Positions 49,997 to 59,800 of a DNA stretch of 64,000 nt are shown piece by piece. Numbering within the stretch: the first letter of the stretch is position 1; the number at the start of each line of letters is the position of its first letter. A program made the translations under genes and the position numbers. The stretch lies in NCBI GenBank assembly GCA_964234715.1, contig OZ174276.1, one strand, 5' to 3'. The notes under the pieces were generated by a model. It did not search any database, had not been told where the DNA came from, and was given only the letters and a program-made list of their open reading frames with translations. Source of the stretch: Podarcis melisellensis. Taxonomy: Eukaryota.

Positions 49997-51735
49997 TTTC
50001 AACAGAGGTTAAAAAAAAATCTAAAGTAGATTTAAAACTCAGGAGGATACTGGGTCAGTTTTTCACACACACATTTTTGAATTCCTTTTGTATTTCCTAG
50101 GGAGAAAGCATTATAAACGCTTTGGAAAATCTTACATTAGTTGCCACAGATTTTTGATAGTATTCTGATATCAGACCTTCACCCTAGATGGCCTACATGG
50201 TTCAGGGATGAGCAAGGAAGACATAAGTTCTTGTTTCACTTCCATCCCTCAGTGCACAGGGTAGAAAAATATTGCAGAAAAATACTGTAGTCATCTGCGC
50301 ACCTTGCTGAGCTGCATTATTGAATCCTGTGGGATTTCTAAGCAAATGTAATTTGAATACATCTGCAAATTCCATTTTTTATCAGCTCCTTTAGTGGGGA
50401 AAAATGAAACAGAGCAGGAGGATTTTAATATGAAAATATATTTCAAATAAGTCTTGTGTTCTTCACTTGCCTCCAGTTGAACTACACAGTGGGTGACATC
50501 CGGTATTAGTCATACTTAGAGCAGACTTATTTAAATCAATAGGTTTACTCTGATTTTGATATTGCCTCCTATTTCTATGAGATATCTAAAGTTTTCACAT
50601 TGCTATAAGCTTCAATAAGTGTTTTAAGAAAGTACATTAGACATTGCAAAAAAGGAAGATTTGTATTCAAGTATAATCTTCAATACAGTTTTTTTTTACT
50701 GTTGCAGATTTGCTATTTGAAAATCTATCTCTGCATCATCAATACCATCTGATGATTTGTTTTTACATTTCCTTCCTCCGCACATGCATGAGAGCACACA
50801 AACAAAGACCACTCTTGAAAAAGCCTTTTCAAATAAGAATTGTGATTTGCATTCCCTGGATTTTGTTTTAACGCTTGACTTGTGCTTGGCACTCATTTTG
50901 CCAATCTGTGTGCAGTATTTTCTTACTGTGATAATCTATCAAGGCATTCATAATACCTGAAAAATGCATTGTGAACAGCTTGCTTATGACTATTGATGTG
51001 TGGCCCAGGACAGCTGGTGGAAGTGAGGGGGAAACCTTGGCTGCTGGAGCAGATATAGAAAATGAGTTACTTGGAAGGACTGAGGCTGGTTTGGGGTAGT
51101 GCAGAGAATAGCAAGAGTTGCCCAAGTTTTATTTTGGAGGTCAAGGCATTCATGCCAATGTGCAGCTTTTGGAGCCCAGAATCCAGATAGGAATGTTTAT
51201 TTTGGGGGAGCAGCAGCACCATGTATGCTGCTGTACTGATAGGTCAATGTCTTTAACTATCCAGAATGTTTATGCATTGGTCAGTGGAGTCTGTGTGTGT
51301 AAGACACAGAATGGGGGAGAGATAGATAGAAAGGAAATGATCCCCCCCCCCGACAGTGTGGCAGGGAGGAGGCAGGGAGGAAAAGCAGGAGGGCACAGCC
51401 TGGGATGGCAGGAAAGGGTAGAGACCTTGTTGGCTGCTTGGACATATGAAAAAGTAAGTTATAGATGGCAGAGAAATGGAGATGTATGAACAGTCCTTTA
51501 TCTTCAGGGATCGACAATAGTGATGCCCTCAACCCCTGCCCAACTCAGTCACACCATTAAGTTCCAGCATGTTCAATGGGAGTTATCCCAAATTTTCAAA
51601 AAGAACCACACATTATTTCCCAGGTAATTGCATCCAGTCGTTTTTGAAGTGATGGGTGGTGACATTTGCACTATGACTCAGCCACCACATCCACTTCTTC
51701 ACATCAAGGTGGCACCTACAGCTGCGGCCATGCTA

Positions 51736-52069
51736 GTAAAGGTAAAGGTACCCCTGCCCATAGGGGCCAGTCTTGACAGACTCTGGGGTTGTGCGCCCAT
51801 CTCACTTAAGAGGCCAGGGGCCAGCGCTGTCCGGAGACACTTCCGGGTCACGTGGCCAGCGTGACATCGCTGCTCTGGCGAGCCAGAGCCGCACACGGAA
51901 ACGCCGTTTACCTTCCCGCTGGTAAGCGGTCCCTATTTATCTACTTGCACCCAGAGGTGCTTTCGAACTGCTAGGTTGGCAGGCGCTGGGACCGAGCAGC
52001 GGGAGCGCACCCCGCCGCAGGGATTCGAACCGCCGACCTTTCGATCGGTAAGTCCTAGGCGCTGAGGCT
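51736..52069 (-). mobile_element. Sauria SINE, young, slightly 5'-truncated
   Basis: (ggtaaa)n tail, ggattcgaacc B-box; about 6 differences from the copy at 55679-56046. Confidence 0.9.
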
Positions 52070-53043
52070 AGATGCTGACAAATTAGGCAGCACAGCAAGC
52101 ATGGCTGGCAAGTGTCCTCCTTTATATGAGAGCCCAACTTAAATGACAATGGCAAATACCTTATCAACAGCAAGTACTGCAAAGTGATTGTGTGGTTGGG
52201 GAGAGATGGAGGATGTTCAAAGGTTGTTACCACATTCCACATGCAGTATCATCTGTCTGCACTACAGGGGACTGCTGCAAAATAAGAGAAGCAGAACACA
52301 TCAACAGCATCTACACATTCTTCCAGGTTCCCCTCCCCAGGGCAATCTCCATGTCCATTGAGCAGGTAGGAGATGTGCAGTTGAGTTTGCATCAAGGTAT
52401 TAACAATGGCTTACAAAGCCCTAAATAGCTTGGGACCCAAATACCTGCAGGAGTGCCTCTTCCATTACCAGCTAACTTGCTTCTTAAAATTAGGATGCAG
52501 GAGGAGCAGAGCAATGATAAGGAAGATGGCCCAAAGTGGCAGTGAGCAAACCTGCTGATCCACTGTTTAATCCACAAAGCAGGCAGCACCAACAGGGATT
52601 CTCCTGTTGATTGTAGGTCCCAAGATTGTTGATATTGATAGAGGGGCTTTTTTAAGCACTCTGATTCCAATTAGGACTTGATACACTGATGCTAACACCT
52701 TGAAGGGAACCTGGTAGTTCACTGGTGGGCAGAACAGGCATGCTGGCTAGGGCAAATAGGAGTTGGAGTCCAAGAACATTTGGAGGGCCACAGTATTCTC
52801 AGTTGTGGGCCATTTATGATGGTGACTGCCTAATACTGCTCAGAGCAGTAGTTGGGGCACTGTTGCTTCTGCCTGCCATTGCCACCAGAAGGTCCTGTCC
52901 AAGGCCCCATAAGACGTGAAATGGGCCCAGCAGCCAATGCTGCCTATCAGACAAAGTGGTCAGGAAGGGAAAAGAAACAGACCCATGATGGCCTGGGCCA
53001 GGAAATAAGTTTTCTTGACTTTTTAAGAAAAAACCTTGCATAC
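52070..53043 (-). pseudogene. Putative decayed GREB1/GREB1L-family (TAGT-domain) gene fragment; full extent may be ~47.5 to >57.9 kb
   Basis: Minus-strand peptides in colinear order after a tttttag acceptor at 53044: FFLKSQENLFPGPGHHGSVSFPFLT, GRSNSA-xNY, YQVLI, LYQYQQSW, LLVLPALW, NSGSAG|gt (donor 52551), ISYLxN, VQTDD-CMWNVV, TITLQYLL. These resemble remembered GREB1 motifs FIIPKSKE..PGGQLESMRLPLVT, GRHEHGLFN, HVLVV, IYKKYW, MLVLPSIFNSAGVG, LSYHN, SDDSCVMWNVV and VSLKHIM. Several frameshifts and stops, plus TE insertions. By-eye comparison only. Confidence 0.5.
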
Positions 53044-53814
53044 CTAAAAACCTTGCATATACAGGCACAGCCAGTATAATTGGAAAAGGAAGACCTAACC
53101 AACTTTGGGATGTGAGTCAATCCAAGATGACTTTGTCCAGAGGGCAAATTGGATTAAACTGTGTAAATGCACCTGTGCTCACAAAATGTCACTCATTCTC
53201 ACCTGTTCACAAGTCACTCATAGGAAGGAAGCAGTGTGACTATATCTGCTTAATCAAATGTGTATATGCTGTGTTTTTGCTTTACTCCGAAAGCACACGG
53301 TTTCTAATTTTCATTGCTTTAGCTAGCAAGAAAACAAAGGTTGGTCATTGAAGTGGTCATCTGCTGTCACATTGGTTCAGTATTTCACTAGTGAGCAAGT
53401 AAATGCCCATAAAGAAATCTTTCGCCTCAAAACTGAATGACATTTAAAAGAAAAGAAAAGAAAATATCACTAATTCCTATCATACCATGGCTGAAGTGGT
53501 GCATATAGTGCTTATTGTAAAAGGCTAGGTATTCAGCCATTGTGAAGTGCCCACATCTTAACAATAGACTATTGAAAAGGTAAATGAAGCTCAGACTGTT
53601 TCAATAGTACCACTGTTGACGGGATCCAGTCAAAACTATCCAGCAAGCAGTGAGTTAACTAACCAGCCCTTTGGAAGAGGAAATGGAGGGTTGTGCTGTC
53701 TGATTATATTGACAGCCACTGTGGGCATATATTAAGGAGCAGAAAAGTCATAGCTTCAAAGTCTGTGTAGCTTTGTAGCTGTCTCACTTTTGTCTTGCAG
53801 TTTCAAGATCCAGC

Positions 53815-53872
53815 ATGCTGCATCAGATAGCCTTGCTGGCCACTGTTACTGTCCTGGGAGTCTTGGAGCAAG
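53815..53872 (+). CDS. LTC4S: LTC4S coding exon 1
   Basis: agcATG; [19 protein letters not shown]|gtaagg, 58 nt. Confidence 0.9.
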
Positions 53873-56800
53873 GTAAGGAACATGCCACTGCTATTAGAGA
53901 CAAGTTTAATATCTCTTTTTAGGCAATATAAGCCAAATAAGATCTCTGAAGTTAAATAGGAAATATGTACCATTGATGTAGCTGTTGGGAGAAAAAGATG
54001 AACTTTAAAGTCTAAAAAGATAATTGACTTGCAACTCTTGCCTTATATTTTAGAGCAGCAGGGAATGGAAACTGGATTGTAAAGCCATACTTGCAATGTT
54101 GATAATGGTGTAAACAACTTTTTAAAACATTTGTTCATTAGAATGCCAACAATTGCCTGAAGAAACAAAATGGTAAGAAGGGTCAAGATTAACTGAACTA
54201 AATCAAAGGGATAATTTGCTAGGGAATTTAGGCTTCTCTCATGGGGAAACCTTGAGTAGTAACAAGATGATTTAAATCTCGGTCTCCAGGAGTTAGAGCA
54301 AAATACTGCATAAAGTGAGGTACGTACATGGAATGTAAAGTGTCCCTATTGCATCCTAGCAATTTCATATGCAACGGCAGATTAATACATAAAAAGGCAC
54401 TCAAATCAACTTTATTCTTTTTGCATAATGAGCAGGGGAAAGAATAATGATCAAGACCGTTCAAATCTGGCAACAATATAAAGAGACTTTAATGTGTACT
54501 TGATAGATAGCAGCCTGTTCCCCCCAAAAAACAAAACAAAACAAAAAACCCAACCCTTTACTTGTGGTATAAACTGATAGTGAGATTTGTTTTTAATTCC
54601 TGAATTGACAGCTTGACCAATTAAAAATGTCAGCTAGAGTGGTGTGTTTATTGTGTGCTGATGTATAATATATGAAAGTCTGTTCTGGTGATATGCTGGG
54701 AACTGTCTTACCCTTTTTTAAAAAAATCTGTTCATACAAGTGGGGTCTTCATATGAGGGGATAACATGCAGAGCAAACTTTCATGAGTTTGTGGTTCCCC
54801 TTACAACAAAAGTAAAACTGTAGGTTGTAGGGTTTCCCCCCCAAAGAGGAGACTGTAATCTCAGATGAGCTGATGAACCCCACATCATGCAGTTCATGTG
54901 AGTAAACTGCCTTTTTTGTTATTTTTTTATTTCAGTTGTCCTAGCATATTTTTAGGAACCAGGTTTGAGTATTAAAAATAGAATTGTAGAAAATAATCGA
55001 CTTGATGGAAACCTGATGGCAAATCAGCAGTGTGTGTCATTTAAGACTGATCCTAATTGTAGTAAGTAAGATATTTTGGCATCTCAGGCAAACCATAAAG
55101 TGGTGCCCCACCTCCCAGCTAGGAAAGAAGGGGTGACTGAGTATGTACATCAGCAAGTGTGGCACAAGCTTGGGATGGAGAAGCTATGGCCCATGATGTT
55201 CTTGGACTCCAGCTCCCATCATCTTCACTTGGCATGGCCAGTGGTCTGGAATGATGGGAGTTGTAGTTCAGCAACATCTGGAGGGCCACAAATTCCCAAT
55301 CCCTAGGATAACCCTTTCTAGTTTAGAATCCACATTGTCAGGTACATGAAGCATAATCTTCAGTTGGCAGGCTATCTTTTTGCATTTCACTGCCACTGAA
55401 CTCCAACCTTTACCTGTTTTCCCCTTTTACAACTGCATGCATCTGAAGAAGTGGACCTCCCTGCTCAATGGAAATTTTACATGTTTCTTTTCCTAGTTTT
55501 TGGTGGCGCTGGTTAGCCTGTTTTTGAGCCTTGAGCCTGTTTTTGTTTTATAGTTCTGATTTTGTGGTTTTACTATTGATAATGAGGTTGTTGATATTTT
55601 ACTGCTATCTTAATTGTGTCTTGTAATTATACTTTATTTTTTTATTTATTTGCCATCACTTGTGATAAAAAGTGGTATAGGTAAAGGTAAAGGTAAAGGT
55701 ACCCCTGCCCGTACGGGCCAGTCTTGACAGACTCTGGGGTTGTGCGCCCATCTCACTCAAGAGGCCAGGGGCCAGCGCTGTCCGGAGACACTTCCGGGTC
55801 ACGTGGCCAGCGTGACATCGCTGCTCTGGCGAGCCAGAGCCGCACACGGAAACGCCGTTTACCTTCCCGCTGGTAAGCGGTCCCTATTTATCTACTTGCA
55901 CCCGGAGGTGCTTTCGAACTGCTAGGTTGGCAGGCGCTGGGACCGAGCAGCGGGAGCGCACCCCGCCGCAGGGATTCGAACTGCCGACCTTTCGATCGGC
56001 AAGTCCTAGGCGCTGAGGCTTTAACCCACAGCGCCACCTGCGTCCCTGAAAGGAATCTTTTTTTAGGTGCCACAAGGTGTCTGTCCCTCTTGTTTGTTTG
56101 CTGCTACAGACTAGAATGGCTCCTCCTCTGAGTTATGAGTCTTCATGCAGGATCTATACCCATTTCTGTTTTACACTTATTCCCTTGATATCAAGTGTTT
56201 CAAAGCAACCCAAAGCAAAACTGTGAACCCAAAATGAAGTATGCACACTAATCAACAACATAACATAAATCTGCTCAGATTGCACAGTTTAAGCCTCTTG
56301 CTGAGAATTGTGGGTTTTTGGCTGCACAATTTTAGAATTTTTCAGGCACCTTTATTGCTGTTGAGAGGAAGGCAAGACCAGGATGATGAGACTAAAGGTT
56401 AGTTTGCAAATGGATGATTCTGTAATGAATGAGACTTTCGTTTATTACTCTTGCAAGTGAAACGTGAATGGTGTTTGCTAGTGCAGATGAGCAAACTATG
56501 GGCATACTGCTCATCATCCACTGTGCAACTAGCTGCTATTGGTTGTTATTTAGTGTAATAAACATAATTTAAAAAACAATAGAGAACCCATTGTGCTTCA
56601 TTGGGTGAAATAACTGGCTTTTCTTTCCTCCTTGTTTTACTTCCCATCCAGCCTATTTTGCCATGCAGGTGATCTACGTTCGGCGGAAGTGCAAAGTCTC
56701 TCCTCCTGTGACTTCAGGTCCACCAGAATTTGAAAGGATCTTCAGAGCTCAGTAAGTTAACCTGCTTCCTCCTTCCCTTCCTTTCCCTCCCATGCCACCC

Positions 56801-59800
56801 TTCTCTATAATATAATTTTATTCCAGCTTCCCACCCCTGGAGAGGTGAATCTAGATTACTCCAAGTAGACATATCTCCCAACGGCATACTTCCAGTCACG
56901 TGGTGACATTGGTTACTGTACAGTCGTATACTTAGTTCCTAAACCATACTTAGAACCAACTTCTATTGGCACCAGCAGCTGTAATTCTGTACACGTGTTT
57001 TATGCGATCAGGGTGTTAACCAACCACATACTTCCTCTGCCCCCATTTCAGTCTCTCCAACGGGCTGCATAGACTGGCAATGCATCATCTCCAAACGTTG
57101 CGTTCGAAAAATTCTTAGAAGAGAGTTGCATCAACAGGAGATGCTGTGGTCTTGTTTGGGGGTTTCCCACAGGCATGTGGTTGGCCAATGTGAGAACAGG
57201 CAAAGACATTTTGATGAAACCTTTGACCAGTTTAAGAGACACTGACATGCTGGTTGGCACAGATGAGGTGCAACCACATACACTTTGCTCTTCAGACTCT
57301 TCATATACTACTACTTGCCGTAGTTGTGTAACAACTGTGTATTATACTCACTGATTTCATGTCTGTGTGATGTGACTACAAGATCACTGAGTTTGAACAC
57401 CAAACCTTCCATACATTGCAACATTTGTGGAACAAATAGTCATCAGTTTTCAGCAGTTCAGTGAATGTTTGGCATTGAAGTGATTTTATGGCCCTTGTGA
57501 TTTTGTCCCTTGAGTAGCATTTTGGCCAGCATGCAGCTGAATTCTGATGGCAGGGAAGAGCAAGCTGTGACTGGGAGGCTCTGCTTAGTAAAGAATTCCT
57601 ACCCACTCATCTCTGCACAGCTCACTTGACCACCTACTCTGGTTTCTAACTGACACTTTCAAAGGAGATGCTAAAATTGCTTTTAGAATTCCGCAAAGAC
57701 ATTGTGACAGTCTGCATTCAATGTATGAAAAAAGGGATTGTTATTATTTTGCATTTTCTCTTTCTCTTCTCCTCACTCCCACCCCACAGCTTTTTATTTG
57801 GGAGATGCTCCAACTGCAGGAGTAGAGCTTTTAAATTCTGCAGAAATATGAACACCTTGTCGTGGGTTCCAATTAACACATTCATTTTAAAGGTAGCAAA
57901 GCTTGCCATAGACTAACAGTGATGGTCATATACCCCTGTGTCCACATGGGAAGTCACAAAATATATGGTGGGGGGGGGGGGGAACAGGTAAGTTCTATCA
58001 GAGAAGATGCTGCTGTTTTTACACTGAAATGATAATTGCTTAAGAGCAATCTGTACTTCACACTGACAGCCCCGTATCTTCAAAGTTCAAGGTAGGAGGG
58101 GACAATTTGCTTTGAACAAAGGACAGGGAGAAATGGAGGGCTTCACCTTTGCCTTATTGGATGTTTCCCTTTCCCTCTAAACCCTCCCTTCGGGTTCTAG
58201 ACCCATTTTTGTGAAGTAAACATGTACCTGGAACACAGTTGTGGGCAAAACCTGCTACCCGCAATTTTCAGAGGAAAAGCAAAGTAGCCTTCACCTCTCC
58301 AATGCAAATTTTCTCTCCGGTGGGAGTTTTATGAGAGCAAAGAGGACCATGGGCCTTTATTGTACACAGCTGCAGTATAATATGTAATTTGCCCCTCAGC
58401 TGAATGTAGCCGCCTGCAGACTTTGCCATTCTAAAAATAAGCATCAGTCCACCCGCATCTGTTCATAAACAGACACACATGTGTGTCATTTAAAATTAAA
58501 TGGGCTCTACTGTGTCCAGCTGTATCCTATTCAGACTTTTAATGATTGGTGTGTGCACTGGTAATCACCAGATTGGACTACTGTAACATAAATTTACATC
58601 GGCCTGTCTTTCTGAAGACTGAATTGAAACTTCAGTCAGCTCAAAGTGTGCTAGTATGTCTCTCTGATGGATACAGTGCAGAGGAAGCAGATGCTACCTG
58701 GGCCAAGATAAGTTCATTGGCACAATATATTTTTTTCTGGGCAATTTCAAATCTGAAATGACCTAAACTCTAGAATACATTGGGGAAACAAGTGCCCATT
58801 TCCACATGCCAACCTTATCCAAGATCTGGCTGACTGAAATAAGGGGCAGGGCCTGCAGGGCCTTGGGAGTGGTGACACCTATACTCTGAGATTTCTGCTC
58901 TATAATGTACCTTAAGAGCACTGTTTGGAGATGGTGGCTAATCAGATTTATTTTATTGTCCTGCTGTTTTGAATGGCTTCTAATGGATTTTAATAGCTAT
59001 TTCATTTTATTATATGTTCTATTTTATATATTTTTTGTTGGGACTGTCTCATATTTCTGCAGTGACTTGTCCCAAGGGCTCCGTTGTGCCACAGTGTGAG
59101 ATTTTAAATGATTAAATAAACCTTGTGTTGTTCTCCCACCTCAGTCCCCTTTATTCAGCTCTCCAATGGCAAATATGTCCACCTCTGTTAAAACTGCAGT
59201 TCTGTGATACCACTGCTTAGATCTCTTCCCTCTTGGCTTCCTGTCTGCTCTTACATCCAGCGTGACCTCTTCATCCTTTCTCTTGAAAACCTTCAAGCAG
59301 TCCTTGCCCCCGCCTCTTTTCTTTCATCCCATCACGCTAACCTTTCAGAGTTCCTTGAGAGTGGCAAGCATACAGGCAGAAGTGATCCAGTCAGCACAGC
59401 ATACATAAGACTCCCCCATTCAGCTTAGCAGTCACAGAACAATAAGCAAGTTCCTCTTTTGGATCAGTAACTGGTTACAGAACAGAGAGCAGAGAGAGTA
59501 TGCATCAGTACAAACTTCTGGGAATGGAGGAAGTAGAGTCCCGTCCCCCGTCCCCCGACATTGGGACCTATGCTTTTTCTTGGCTGCTCTGAAGTTCTCC
59601 GTTCACAACCTCCACTCTTCTTACCTCTGAAGCTCTTCTCCTCTCAAATGACTCTACCCTTTCCCCCTTGCTGCCCTGTGTGGGCTTCAAACTGCCTCTT
59701 AGAACACTTGTAGGGTGCCGGCTGTTCCTTCAAATTTCACCTCTCCTTTTCCATGAATGCTTTGGCACAACCTCCTTTGACCAAACTGCATCTAAGCCTA

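Noticed and set aside
55435-56135. gcatctgaagaagtgg and taggtgccacaag...gctacagacta pieces
   Set aside because: Old Penelope remnants lacking the GAAA half; cannot fold as a ribozyme. A similar remnant lies near 61750.
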